A DNA stretch of 64,000 nucleotides, taken from a virus (taxonomy: Duplodnaviria > Caudoviricetes). Below the pieces are notes generated by a model. It was not told the DNA's origin. It saw only the letters and a program-made list of their open reading frames with translations, and made no database searches. The position numbers and the translations under genes are program-made. Shown here in pieces: positions 19,032 to 29,468 of the stretch. Within the stretch, counting starts at the first letter, position 1. Each line of letters begins with the position of its first letter. The stretch lies in IMG/VR virus record IMGVR_UViG_3300044949_001557, positions 107 to 64,106 of that record. One strand, given 5' to 3'.

Positions 19032-20150
19032 ATGTATTCAACCACGGCGTATTTATATCAGCAGAAAACCAAAGTCTTATTGATTGACACCGGTGGTGAC
19101 TACTTTACAATGAGGTATGATCCTGTGTATGCAAAAAAACTAACAATCAACAAAGGCGTGGACAACGTTATTTTGTTTGAATTTATTAACCAAGATGAAA
19201 AACCTGTAAATGTCACCGGCAGCACCTTTGTGTTTAGACTTGTGGATCAAGAGGGACAAGCATTGGTAAACGAAACAGAAATGACCATACTAAACGCACA
19301 GTTTGGTCGTGCCAAAGTTACCTTGCCCGCAGGTGTGTTAGATGCTGTGCGGGCACAACCTGCCAGTTACAGTATAACCCGACGTTCGGGTAACTTGACC
19401 GAAGCTGTGTTTGTGGACGCCCAGGCCGGTGCAAGAGCCGACGTCGACATCACTGACAGTGTATTTCCGGAATTTTTCCCCAGTGCCGAGCTTACTATTC
19501 CCACAGTGGACATGAGCGCCATGACTGGCTCCACTGCCAGCGGAACTCCTGCAACTTATCCAGACTGGGCAAGAACCCCGGGCGCAACCATAAACACTTA
19601 TAGCCCTATACTCAGCACAGAATACTACAGTAGTTTTATTGTGCCCACTGCGTCTGTGACTTCGATTCAAATGGATCTTGTGGGCTACACTGGAACCATC
19701 AAAGTTCAAGCTGCTGAAAACTATCAAAGCGTATGGTATAATGTCACAGACAGTGTGCAATATCTCAACCGAACTGGCACTGTGCATATTCATGTGATTG
19801 GATATCACCCTATCCTAAGATTGGCATTCAACAACTCAGTTTACACCACTGGACTCAATGGCCAAATTGGCAATCCTGCCCAGGCCACAGCAGTCGTTTC
19901 CGATGAAGGAGTAATTGTTGGTGCCACCATTATCTACAAAGGCAACGGATATCTGGCGCCGCCCTTGATTGAATTTGTGGGCAACGGTGCAGGCGCCAGA
20001 GCCACAGCCGATGTCAATTTGGCCACAGGCGAACTCACTGCTATCAATATCATTGACGGTGGATCGGGTTATAGACCCATACCTCCCACAAACACACAGG
20101 CACAAATAGTGATTTCTACAGGAAGAGCGGAAAATATACTATATAGATAA
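19032..20150 (+). CDS. Virion structural protein (baseplate/tail-like)
   Basis: TAAATA and GGAG upstream; Thr/Gly-rich with GxGY repeats. Confidence 0.6.
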   Translation: MYSTTAYLYQQKTKVLLIDTGGDYFTMRYDPVYAKKLTINKGVDNVILFEFINQDEKPVNVTGSTFVFRLVDQEGQALVNETEMTILNAQFGRAKVTLPAGVLDAVRAQPASYSITRRSGNLTEAVFVDAQAGARADVDITDSVFPEFFPSAELTIPTVDMSAMTGSTASGTPATYPDWARTPGATINTYSPILSTEYYSSFIVPTASVTSIQMDLVGYTGTIKVQAAENYQSVWYNVTDSVQYLNRTGTVHIHVIGYHPILRLAFNNSVYTTGLNGQIGNPAQATAVVSDEGVIVGATIIYKGNGYLAPPLIEFVGNGAGARATADVNLATGELTAINIIDGGSGYRPIPPTNTQAQIVISTGRAENILYR

Positions 20151-20882
20151 ATGCAATTTCAGAAAATCGTTGGATTTGGCGACTCATGGATCTACGGCGA
20201 TGAGCTCATGGATCCCAACTATCTAGCAATCAATCCCGATGGTCACTATAGCGACGATCAAAACACTGACTACAGACTTAAAAATTGTTTTTTAGGGCAA
20301 CTGGGAAAGCACTACAACGTCCCAACCGAAAATTTTGGTATTCCTGGCGGAAGTCTCGGCAGCACTATGTGGACATTTCAATGGTGGTTGGATCATGAAA
20401 CTGTGCCTTTGGACCAATGTTTGGTATTGATTGGGTTGACCAACAGCGACAGGATCAGTCATTACAACCCCAGGCATCAACACTACAGCAATGATCCACC
20501 CTGGAACAAATTTGTTCACAGCACCTGGGTAAATTTTGGAAGTTCGGTTGTGCCCGATGATTATGCAACAATGATCAAATATCAAATGACCTTGACCAAT
20601 TGTCGTGCATTGAATCAATTGAACTATCAACAAGCTGTGTTGTTCTTTGATGGCATTGCAGCCAGAAACAATCTCAATCTATTGCAATTCAATATCATGC
20701 CAGCTGAACGCCCTGTTGCCAACGCACCCACTTTGCCCTGGCCGGACTTTGCTTGGACACTTTGGTTTAGAGATCATCCGGGAAATCAACGAAGAGAATT
20801 GATCTGCGCCCACGGTCATCCCAACGAAATCGGACACAGTCTTATCCGAGACCGCTTGATCAATCACATTGATTTGTGTTAA
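20151..20882 (+). CDS. SGNH/GDSL-like hydrolase
   Basis: FGDSW, NFGIPGGS and HPNEIGH motifs. Confidence 0.7.
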   Translation: MQFQKIVGFGDSWIYGDELMDPNYLAINPDGHYSDDQNTDYRLKNCFLGQLGKHYNVPTENFGIPGGSLGSTMWTFQWWLDHETVPLDQCLVLIGLTNSDRISHYNPRHQHYSNDPPWNKFVHSTWVNFGSSVVPDDYATMIKYQMTLTNCRALNQLNYQQAVLFFDGIAARNNLNLLQFNIMPAERPVANAPTLPWPDFAWTLWFRDHPGNQRRELICAHGHPNEIGHSLIRDRLINHIDLC

Positions 20883-20885
20883 ACT
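20856..20885 (+). promoter_or_regulatory. Possible sigma70 promoter for a leaderless primase mRNA
   Basis: TTGATC-18-TAAACT with TGn extension; ATG 7 nt downstream. Confidence 0.4.
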
Positions 20886-20891
20886 AGCAAG

Positions 20892-21863
20892 ATGCTAGAT
20901 ATCTTTGGTTACTTGCCTGCGAAGCGTAAACAAACGCCTTCGGGCTGGATCAGCTTTAACTGCCCTTGTTGCAACGAAAAGCGCAGTCGTGGCGGAATCA
21001 AAACCAATGAGCAAGGTTGGAGTTATCACTGTTTCAACTGTGGATACACTGCCAGTTTTGTGTTGGGCAGAACACTGGGATATAAAGCAACAACGTTGCT
21101 GGAACGATTTGGAGTTCCTGAACAAGAAATAAATGCACTGAATTTAGAAAGTCTGAGACATCGTAGCATACACGGCATCCTGGATGACCGTGCTCGAGTT
21201 GCCAACACTGTCGGTGACATCAAGTTTGAAGAGTCAGATGACTTTCCTCCGGCCAGCGAACTAATCACACCCGACCTGCCGCTGTATTGGAATTATCTTA
21301 GAGATAGATGTGTGCCCACAGACTTTCCAGCAATGACCACTATTCGCACCGATGGCGTTAACTGGGTTCGTCCACATGTTACAATACCTTTTACCTACGA
21401 TGGAAAAGTTGTGGGATGGACAGCCAGATTCCTAGACAACAAAACACCCAAATATATCAATCATACACAACCGGGTTATGTGTTTGGCACAGAGCTACAG
21501 AACGACAGTTGGCAATGTGTAATTGTGGTCGAAGGCATATTTGATGCACTCAGCATTGACGGCCTGGCAGTAATGCATAACACAATAAGCGATGCACAGG
21601 CCAGATTGATACGCAATCTTGGACGTGAAGTTATTGTTGTTCCCGATCACGACAAAGCCGGACTTGAGTTGATTGATCGTGCCATAGAACTGGGATGGTC
21701 GGTGAGCATACCTGATTGGCCCACAGACGTCAAAGATGTTAATGATGCTGTGGTAAAGTTTGGCAAATTAGCAACTTTACTAACTATAATGCAGTCCAGA
21801 GAAACCAATAAAATTAAAATTGAGATGCGAAAAAAACAGTTAGCAAAAAAATGGTCACAATAA
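20892..21863 (+). CDS. DNA primase (gp61/DnaG-like)
   Basis: Zn finger CPCC...HCFNC; TOPRIM VEGIFDA, PDHD and KDVND. Confidence 0.9.
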   Translation: MLDIFGYLPAKRKQTPSGWISFNCPCCNEKRSRGGIKTNEQGWSYHCFNCGYTASFVLGRTLGYKATTLLERFGVPEQEINALNLESLRHRSIHGILDDRARVANTVGDIKFEESDDFPPASELITPDLPLYWNYLRDRCVPTDFPAMTTIRTDGVNWVRPHVTIPFTYDGKVVGWTARFLDNKTPKYINHTQPGYVFGTELQNDSWQCVIVVEGIFDALSIDGLAVMHNTISDAQARLIRNLGREVIVVPDHDKAGLELIDRAIELGWSVSIPDWPTDVKDVNDAVVKFGKLATLLTIMQSRETNKIKIEMRKKQLAKKWSQ

Positions 21864-22711
21864 GAAAAATTGATTTTTTTGGAGGTGTGCATGGAAACTA
21901 TCTGGAGTTAGTAGTTAACCATTGGATAGATCAAAATGTATCATACGACATTACATTGCCGCAGTTTAACAGTAATGGTGCCTGTCATCTTAAAAATGAC
22001 AACGCAGACTACTGCCCTATAACAACTGCACAACACTATAGTTATTATGGTATGCAATTTAATGATACTGATCTGGTGATTCGTATAGTTCCAACGCAAG
22101 ACGATTTATTGATTGCTATTACCAACAGTTTTTTACGTGCAGGAGATCAAACACTTGATCTTGAAAACTTAGAAAACAACACATATGAAAAAATGTCATC
22201 ATTGCCCAAGATGGCACAGTTTGTGAATACACTGGTCACAAATCACGGATTACACGACAGCTATTCAAGAAAAGTGTTAAGAAAGTATTTTTATTCTATG
22301 TTTGATGATTACGAATATGGTTTGTCTATGTTTGTGGATTGGACTCCTGTGAAGAATTTTTATAATTTTGATTTTAGAAGATTCTTTAATTTTTCATCCT
22401 TCATACAAGGGCTCCAGGAAATTTCTAAATTTGTAAACTTAGAATTTTCACCAACCCCGCAGCTGATTGACCTGCATAAAAATTTTCTACAATTGAATCA
22501 AGGATACCACAGTGAGTTAAAGTGCAATAAAGTAGTTGAAGCAATACTGCATCAACAGTCGATGGACCTAAAATTAAATATTGTTGAAGAAGCCTGGGTT
22601 AACTACAAAATATCTAAGATGTTTAATTTATATGATGTCGTCGAGTTAGAACAAGATGTTTACCCTGCAACCACTGACATAATTTCAAAAATTTGCTTTA
22701 CAAGGAAATAA
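21851..22711 (+). CDS. Hypothetical AT-rich protein between primase and helicase
   Basis: 286-aa ORF; N-terminal DFFGGVHGNYL. Confidence 0.6.
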   Translation: MVTIRKIDFFGGVHGNYLELVVNHWIDQNVSYDITLPQFNSNGACHLKNDNADYCPITTAQHYSYYGMQFNDTDLVIRIVPTQDDLLIAITNSFLRAGDQTLDLENLENNTYEKMSSLPKMAQFVNTLVTNHGLHDSYSRKVLRKYFYSMFDDYEYGLSMFVDWTPVKNFYNFDFRRFFNFSSFIQGLQEISKFVNLEFSPTPQLIDLHKNFLQLNQGYHSELKCNKVVEAILHQQSMDLKLNIVEEAWVNYKISKMFNLYDVVELEQDVYPATTDIISKICFTRK

Positions 22712-22712
22712 G

Positions 22713-24152
22713 TTGTTAAAAGAATACAATATCGAAGTCCAGAAACTGTTTCTGGAAATGATGTTAGAAGACGCACAGAGTTATGTGCGTGTTCAAAACA
22801 TTTACAATCCGCAAAACTTTGACAAGAGCTTGAGGCCAGCTGCTGAGTTTGTCAAGGAACACAGCGACAAGTTCAGAACCATGCCTGACAGAAATCAGAT
22901 TGCAGCCGCAACTGGAGTCAAACTCGACTCAGTTCCTGAACTCAATGAAGGTCACTATGAGTGGTTCATGCAAGAGTTCGAAGGATTTACTAAACGGCAA
23001 GAACTAGAACGTGCAATTCTCAAATCAGCTGACTTGCTGGAAAAGGGCGAATTTGAGCCAGTAGAAAAACTGATCAAAGATGCTGTGCAGATCAGCTTGA
23101 CCAAAGATTTGGGCACAGACTTTTGGTTAGATCCTGAGGGCATGTTTGCCAAATACTTTGACACCGGCGGTCAAGTGTCGACGGGTTGGCCACAGTTGGA
23201 CCGACTGTTGTATGGTGGATTCAGTCGCGGGGAACTCAACATCTTTGCAGGCGGCTCGGGTTCAGGTAAATCGCTTGTGATGATGAACATTGCCTTGAAC
23301 TGGGTGCAACAGGGACTTCATGGGGTGTATATCACTTTGGAATTGAGTGAAGAGCTCACTGGTCTACGAACAGCAGCCATGTTGACCAATATGTCAACCA
23401 AGGATATTCGCAGAGACAAAGAAACAGCCACACTCAAAATCAAACTGGTGGGCAAGAAGTCCGGTAGTTATCGCGTGAAGGCAATGCCAGCACAATCAAA
23501 CATCAACGACATTCGTGCGTTCTTAAAAGAGTATCAAATTCAAACAGGACATCGTGTAGACTTTATGATGGTGGACTACTTGGACTTGTTGATGCCTGTG
23601 AGTGCCAAGGTCAGTCCCAATGACTTATTTGTTAAAGACAAGTATGTGAGTGAAGAACTGCGTAACTTGGCCAAGGAACTGGGCATCTTGCTGGTGACAG
23701 CAAGTCAGTTAAACAGATCAGCTGTGGAAGAGATTGAATTTGACCACAGTCATATTTCAGGCGGTATCTCTAAAATCAACACGGCAGACAACGTGTTCGG
23801 TATTTTTACAAGTAGGGCCATGAAAGAACGTGGCAAGTATCAGATTCAGTGTATGAAATCGCGTAGTAGCACAGGTGTTGGACAAAAGATTGATCTTGAA
23901 TACAACATGGAAACCATGCGTATCACTGACGCAGGCGGCGAAGAAGAAGGCTTCAGCAAAAAGCCCACCAGTTCGTTCATGGATCAAATCAAAGCCAAGT
24001 CAAATGTAAAAAGTGAAGGCGACGACAAGTTACCAGGTGGAACACATGCCTGGGACAAGCCCCTGGCCCAATCAGATGATTCAGCCAAAGTAACTGCCGA
24101 CGTTCAAAGTTCCAAACTCAAACAACTGTTGGGCAAAATAAAAACCACGTGA
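22713..24152 (+). CDS. Replicative DnaB/gp41-like helicase
   Basis: GGSGSGKS, TLELSE, VDYLDL and TASQLNR motifs; TTG start with AAGGA. Confidence 0.9.
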   Translation: MLKEYNIEVQKLFLEMMLEDAQSYVRVQNIYNPQNFDKSLRPAAEFVKEHSDKFRTMPDRNQIAAATGVKLDSVPELNEGHYEWFMQEFEGFTKRQELERAILKSADLLEKGEFEPVEKLIKDAVQISLTKDLGTDFWLDPEGMFAKYFDTGGQVSTGWPQLDRLLYGGFSRGELNIFAGGSGSGKSLVMMNIALNWVQQGLHGVYITLELSEELTGLRTAAMLTNMSTKDIRRDKETATLKIKLVGKKSGSYRVKAMPAQSNINDIRAFLKEYQIQTGHRVDFMMVDYLDLLMPVSAKVSPNDLFVKDKYVSEELRNLAKELGILLVTASQLNRSAVEEIEFDHSHISGGISKINTADNVFGIFTSRAMKERGKYQIQCMKSRSSTGVGQKIDLEYNMETMRITDAGGEEEGFSKKPTSSFMDQIKAKSNVKSEGDDKLPGGTHAWDKPLAQSDDSAKVTADVQSSKLKQLLGKIKTT

Positions 24153-25159
24153 TTGAATATGAAGACATCAGAGATGTCCACTTGGAAATCTCAAGCTTTT
24201 GTAATGCCAGTTGTCCTTGGTGCCCTCGGAATTTCTGGGGTTATCCCTATAATGGTGGATATCCTGAAACTAATCTAAGTCTTGATTCTGCACAACAGAT
24301 ATTTTCTCCTGAGTTTCTTAAACAACTGATTAGTATCAGGATCAATGGAAATTTTGGGGATATTGTGATGAACCCCGAAGCACCAGACATTGTCGATTAT
24401 TTTTATTCAGTTAATCCAGATCTAAAAATCAGCATCAGCACCAATGGAGGTGCACGTGATAAAAAATTTTGGATACAGTTGGCACGCACTCCCGCAACGG
24501 TATTTTTTTGTCTTGATGGCCTAGAAGACACCCATCATCTTTACAGACAAAACACAGTTTGGAATACTGTGATTCGCAATGCCAAAATTTTTATCGATGC
24601 TGGGGGACAAGCTGTATGGAAAATGATTCGCTTTCAGCACAATCTGCACCAAATAGATCAGTGCAAACGACTCAGCGAAGATCTACGATTCGCAGACTTT
24701 CAGCTGGCATATGATGGTCGCGATACAGCTCCGGTATTTGATCAAAATGGACGTTTGGTTCACGTAATGGGCGACTACACAGGAGAGCGTGATTTTAAAG
24801 TTTTATTTTACAAAAAAAAGACCGATGAAGTATTACTAGAAGATGTAATTGCAGGACGCACATCGGTCGGCAGTGTAAAATGCGAAACCAAGCTTTTAAA
24901 ATCCATATACATTTCTGCCACCGGTGATGTAAGTCCTTGTTGTTATACTGGGTTCTATCCTAAAACTTATGGTCGAGGACAATATCATCAAGCCGCCAAT
25001 GCTCAATTGATTCCATTGATTGCAAAAAATAATGCATTAGAATACCCTTTGCGACAATGCATAGAATGGTTTGCTGGAGTTGAAGAATCCTGGCAAATTG
25101 GAGACTATAAAAAGGGTCGTTTGCTTATTTGTGATGATAACTGTGGCTCAAACCCATAA
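24149..25159 (+). CDS. Radical SAM protein with SPASM/twitch-like C-terminus
   Basis: CNASCPWC; GDVSPCC; C-terminal CxxxC. Confidence 0.85.
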   Translation: MIEYEDIRDVHLEISSFCNASCPWCPRNFWGYPYNGGYPETNLSLDSAQQIFSPEFLKQLISIRINGNFGDIVMNPEAPDIVDYFYSVNPDLKISISTNGGARDKKFWIQLARTPATVFFCLDGLEDTHHLYRQNTVWNTVIRNAKIFIDAGGQAVWKMIRFQHNLHQIDQCKRLSEDLRFADFQLAYDGRDTAPVFDQNGRLVHVMGDYTGERDFKVLFYKKKTDEVLLEDVIAGRTSVGSVKCETKLLKSIYISATGDVSPCCYTGFYPKTYGRGQYHQAANAQLIPLIAKNNALEYPLRQCIEWFAGVEESWQIGDYKKGRLLICDDNCGSNP

Positions 25160-25181
25160 ATAACAAAAAGGCCCTGAAGTC

Positions 25182-25430
25182 ATGCAAAAGAAAACTCGCA
25201 GTTTGCTGGAAGAACTGGACTCAATGTATGTGGAACGCGACAAGCGACACATCATTGAAAATCGTGCATCCAATGTTATTGCCAGTGCAATTCGTTTGCT
25301 TGAAGAAATTGATGCCACCTACACACCAGAACAAGCAGAAAACCTACATCGCAAATTGTTGAATGCTATCAAGCTGCGTGATCCAGGAAAATTTACTAGA
25401 ACAGTGAGACGCACAGATGCAAATTCATGA
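25182..25430 (+). CDS. Hypothetical late protein
   Basis: TAAATA upstream; helical 82 aa. Confidence 0.7.
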   Translation: MQKKTRSLLEELDSMYVERDKRHIIENRASNVIASAIRLLEEIDATYTPEQAENLHRKLLNAIKLRDPGKFTRTVRRTDANS

Positions 25431-26301
25431 ACTAAATCAACCAAGAAAATCACAGGTCAATGAAATCAACTGGGGTAGCATGTTTAGTTCTGCACAGTTA
25501 GGTGCAGCTCAACAAGCAGCCACGCAAGCCGCAGCAGCCAAAAACGCAGAAAAATTGGCCAATCCTAATTGGATTAGAAGAGCACTGGGCAATCCAGCTT
25601 ACACTGTAGGTGGATCCGTGGCTGATCCGGTGACTCTGCCGCAGTCTTTGCAAACAGTGATGCAGAATCCGGCTGTGCAACAAATGGTCAATAATTTAAA
25701 AGCACAATGGCAAGCACAGGCACCAACTGTGGTAAATGCTGCCAGGCGCAGAGCCACAGACACTGCACCAGCAGCACCTGCTGCTTCCAGCTCTGCACCA
25801 GCGGCATCTGCCGGCGCTGCAGACACGTCAGCAGTTGATACTCAACTGCAGGACGTAGAATCAGCATTTCAACGTTGGTCTGATTCTAAATTGGCCATCA
25901 GTCGCATTAACATGGACAGTATTCGTAGCAACCCTGCATACAAACAAGCTCTCAGCGACCAACTGACCAAAGTTGCTGTTCAAAGTCTTGCTGATCCAAA
26001 ATCTCCAGCGACCACACAAGCAATCAACACATATTTTAACACAGCAATTGCAGCCATACAAGCAGAAGTCAAAAACAAAGGAACTGCAACCGCACAATCT
26101 GCTTCTGCTGCTGGTAGTGCCACACCCACTGATGCAGAAATACTGACTCTAGTTCAACAGCAGGGTGTTTCATTGACCAAAGCAGAATTAGAAAAACTAG
26201 GACAAATAATGACCTCGGCCACTGGCAGCAATGTTGTTGGAAACACAGGCAATCCTGTGTTAAATGCCTTGGCTAGACTGGCAGGAATGAGAGTAACATA
26301 A
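25417..26301 (+). CDS. Ala/Gln-rich probable internal head protein
   Basis: N-terminal MQIHEL and VNE, resembling prohead-protease sites; low complexity. Confidence 0.5.
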   Translation: MQIHELNQPRKSQVNEINWGSMFSSAQLGAAQQAATQAAAAKNAEKLANPNWIRRALGNPAYTVGGSVADPVTLPQSLQTVMQNPAVQQMVNNLKAQWQAQAPTVVNAARRRATDTAPAAPAASSSAPAASAGAADTSAVDTQLQDVESAFQRWSDSKLAISRINMDSIRSNPAYKQALSDQLTKVAVQSLADPKSPATTQAINTYFNTAIAAIQAEVKNKGTATAQSASAAGSATPTDAEILTLVQQQGVSLTKAELEKLGQIMTSATGSNVVGNTGNPVLNALARLAGMRVT

Positions 26302-28256
26302 TGAAATTACTGGAAGGCGGAAATGTATTCAAGGATGCCAACGGTAATCCATTGACACAGCGTATCAACAAAGCTGATGTGCCTGCCACTGTTGCCTGGG
26401 TAGAAAAAGTCACAGGCCTGGATTTCACATCTGACGTGGATCCTGAAACCAAAACACCTCTCCGCTGGTTGGGATCAACTGGTAGAGCAGCAACATCTGG
26501 GGATTTGGATCTTGCAGTTGATGTCAATGAAGTAGACAAAGAACAACTGGCCGCCAAGCTCACACAGTTTATACAAAGTCAGGGCCAAGATCCACAAGAG
26601 TGGGTCAAAAAGGGCGGAGAAGTGCATCTCAGAGTGCCCATTGCTGGCAAACCTTCCAATGGATTTGTGCAAACAGATTTTATGTTTTTTTCCAACTTGG
26701 ACTGGGGAGTATTTTACTACGCCGGTGGCGAAGACAGTGCCTACAAAGGCATGAATCGTAATGTGCTGATGAGCTCCATTGCCAAGCAACTGGGACTCAA
26801 AGTTGGAGCCAATGGCATGTTCAGCAGAGCTACCAATCAACTAGTGCCCAATGGCATGGATCCTGACTATGTGGCACAAACACTGTTGGGACCCACTGCC
26901 ACAAGAAAGAATCTCAAAAACGTAGAAAGTATCTACGCCACATTGGCCACGGACCAGCAACGAGATGCCAAGCTGGCAGACTTCCGAGAATACTTAAAGC
27001 GCGAAGGACTTAACGAACCCATGCTGAGAGAAGACGATGTTGGGTTTCTGGGTCGACTGCGTGATAGAATTGTGAATCAAGGCATGTATGCGTTGATTGA
27101 GCATGAACAAAAACAACATCTAGCGGAAGCCAAAAATCCTCGCATACCTTATATCGAAGACCTGGTGTTTCAAAAAGGACTTGCAGGTGTTCGTGAAGCC
27201 TTGGACATTATCAAACAAACTGCTGAGAACACCAAGCAATATGCCACCATCAAGTGGGACGGTAGTCCAGCTGTGATCTTTGGGCGTAACGATGCCGGAG
27301 AATTTGTGCTCACAGACAAAGCCGGAGCCACTGCTGTGGGTTATGAAGGTCTGGCTCGTAGTCCTGAACAAATTGCCGCAATCATGGCTCAGCGTGATCA
27401 AACAGCAGCAGCCAAAGGTAACAAAGCTGATAGAGTTCAAAAGTTGTTGCCCATGTATCAAGAACTATGGCCTTACCTAGAAGCAGCCACACCCAAAAAC
27501 TTTCGCGGATATTTCAAAGGAGACATGCTCTACAGTTCAACTGATCCTGTACAAGCAAACGCTGGCCTCTTGTTGTTCCAGCCCAACAAAATGGGCGGTA
27601 TTCCATATAGAATTCCTGAAAACAGTCCGCTGGGACAAAAAATCAAAGACAGCAAAATTGGTCTAGCTATACACACCTACATGGATAATCCCACAGGCGT
27701 TGAACAGCCAGTCACAGATCCTGAATCCAAGTTAAAAAAAGTGCCTGGGCTCATGGTCACAGGTGCCACAGTAGACACTTTACAAAATCTCAAACTTGAT
27801 AGAAAAATCATGAGCGAGTTGGCCAGTTATGCTCGTGGTGAAAATGCAAAGGCACTGCAAGGTCTTCTCAATCCTGCAGAACTGAGAGCATTACAGATCA
27901 CAGACTTGCCAAGCTTGATGGAAGATTTTATCAACAGTCTTAAAGGCACAGACTATTCCAACGCAACCCCGCAGGCATTTGGCGAGTGGCTGAAGACCAA
28001 GGTCACCCCTCGCAAATATAACAACATTGTGGAATATCTACAGAGTCCTCGTAGCAATATCTTGGGCATGAGTGTTGCTTTTGCCATATGGAACAAGTTG
28101 CATGAATTAAAAATAGACCTACAGAAACAGCTGGATTTGCAACAGCCGGGACAGGAAGGCTGGGTGTTTAGCACCCCTGCAGGCCGTGCCAAGGTTGTGA
28201 GCAGAACCGCAGGCGGCTTTGCAGATCCTGCCCGTAAAGCCGCAGCTACGAAGTAA
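26301..28256 (+). CDS. Pol-beta-like nucleotidyltransferase fused to an ATP-dependent (RNA) ligase-like domain
   Basis: LGSTG...SGDLDLAVD; TIKWDGSP, FKGDMLY, EGWVF and AKVVSR; LxE motifs at the start and in the linker. Confidence 0.6.
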   Translation: MKLLEGGNVFKDANGNPLTQRINKADVPATVAWVEKVTGLDFTSDVDPETKTPLRWLGSTGRAATSGDLDLAVDVNEVDKEQLAAKLTQFIQSQGQDPQEWVKKGGEVHLRVPIAGKPSNGFVQTDFMFFSNLDWGVFYYAGGEDSAYKGMNRNVLMSSIAKQLGLKVGANGMFSRATNQLVPNGMDPDYVAQTLLGPTATRKNLKNVESIYATLATDQQRDAKLADFREYLKREGLNEPMLREDDVGFLGRLRDRIVNQGMYALIEHEQKQHLAEAKNPRIPYIEDLVFQKGLAGVREALDIIKQTAENTKQYATIKWDGSPAVIFGRNDAGEFVLTDKAGATAVGYEGLARSPEQIAAIMAQRDQTAAAKGNKADRVQKLLPMYQELWPYLEAATPKNFRGYFKGDMLYSSTDPVQANAGLLLFQPNKMGGIPYRIPENSPLGQKIKDSKIGLAIHTYMDNPTGVEQPVTDPESKLKKVPGLMVTGATVDTLQNLKLDRKIMSELASYARGENAKALQGLLNPAELRALQITDLPSLMEDFINSLKGTDYSNATPQAFGEWLKTKVTPRKYNNIVEYLQSPRSNILGMSVAFAIWNKLHELKIDLQKQLDLQQPGQEGWVFSTPAGRAKVVSRTAGGFADPARKAAATK

Positions 28257-28318
28257 TTTTTTGCCGTTTGGATAAATAAAAGTAGGCCCAATGAGGCCAC
28301 TTACTTAGGAGATTTATT

Positions 28319-28708
28319 ATGGCATTTTTCGCTCGCGCTAATGGTGATGCACAACCAGTATTTGCACTAGACACCCAGAACGGTCCTATTGCACCTTCAA
28401 CATCCACAGCTGGTTCACCAGTTCAACCTCAAGGTCCAAAACTTGAGTTCTTCCGTTTCGTTGCTGCCAATACCATGGCTGCTCAACAAGGTGTAAATGG
28501 TTTTGTTTCTAACGCTCTACAAGCTATTCAGCAAACAACCACAGTTGCTATGTATCAAGTTGACGGCACCGCTCTAAGCGTTGCTGTTTACCCAGTTGGC
28601 GCATTTGCCAACACCACAGTTGCTTTGGCTGCTGCCAACGTGGCTGGTGTTGTTGGAACCAACCAGTTCAGCTCTTGCACCAACGCTGGCTTCAAGCTAT
28701 CGACCTAA
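28319..28708 (+). CDS. Small, probably abundant virion protein
   Basis: TAAATA, AGGAG SD, biased codons (GCT/GTT), own terminator. Confidence 0.65.
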   Translation: MAFFARANGDAQPVFALDTQNGPIAPSTSTAGSPVQPQGPKLEFFRFVAANTMAAQQGVNGFVSNALQAIQQTTTVAMYQVDGTALSVAVYPVGAFANTTVALAAANVAGVVGTNQFSSCTNAGFKLST

Positions 28709-28729
28709 TCAAATCATATTTGATGCAAC

Positions 28730-28755
28730 AAACCCCGGAATTTCCGGGGTTTTTT
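28730..28755 (+). terminator. Intrinsic terminator
   Basis: AAACCCCGGAA-T-TTCCGGGGTTT followed by a T-run. Confidence 0.85.
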
Positions 28756-28779
28756 GTTGGCGGTTAAATATCGTGCATC

Positions 28780-29202
28780 ATGCAGATACAGTGCCGCACA
28801 ATCTTTGACATCACAGAAACTGGAATCACAGGTCACTACAAGCCTCAGCGAGTTCCGTTTCTTGATCTTGCGGGTCACAATATTGTGGATCAATCCAGCT
28901 GGGACAGAGCTAGAAACCAACAAAGAAATTTGGAAACCATTGTTCAACTGCTGCAACTACGAACACAGATATTCGACGTTTCCACACCAGTAAACCACAA
29001 CAATTATTGGAATTTTTCATTTGCAGTGGAGTTTGAAGGCATATATCAACAGGATCAAGATCCGTTTGGCATACTCAAACAAGACTGTGAAGGTGTTCCT
29101 ATGTTGACAGGCCTGGATGAAAAATTTGTTACCAATTTATTTTTGACCTCAGACGGCAGTCAACAGAACATTTGGTTCGACGTTGTAACGGTAAATAACT
29201 GA
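28780..29202 (+). CDS. Hypothetical late protein
   Basis: TAAATA 9 nt before ATG. Confidence 0.7.
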   Translation: MQIQCRTIFDITETGITGHYKPQRVPFLDLAGHNIVDQSSWDRARNQQRNLETIVQLLQLRTQIFDVSTPVNHNNYWNFSFAVEFEGIYQQDQDPFGILKQDCEGVPMLTGLDEKFVTNLFLTSDGSQQNIWFDVVTVNN

Positions 29203-29204
29203 TC

Positions 29205-29468
29205 ATGAGTGACACCACCGAAATTGAAAAAAAGAGCCTGGAAGCTCATGTTGAGTTATGTGCTCAACGCTACAAGTTTCTAGAAGAAAAACTAGAAACA
29301 ATGGACGCAAAAATTGTCTCCGTGGCTGACACAGTGACCACAGTGAAAAACTGCATTGAAAAAATGTCCGACAAAAGCAATGATCGTCTCCTGGCCTGGG
29401 GCGTGGGCATCATTGGATTTTTGACAGCTGTCATCGGTTATCTACTAGTAACATATGTGTTCAAATGA
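29205..29468 (+). CDS. Coiled-coil protein with a C-terminal TM helix
   Basis: LEAHVELCAQRY; hydrophobic C-terminus. Confidence 0.7.
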   Translation: MSDTTEIEKKSLEAHVELCAQRYKFLEEKLETMDAKIVSVADTVTTVKNCIEKMSDKSNDRLLAWGVGIIGFLTAVIGYLLVTYVFK

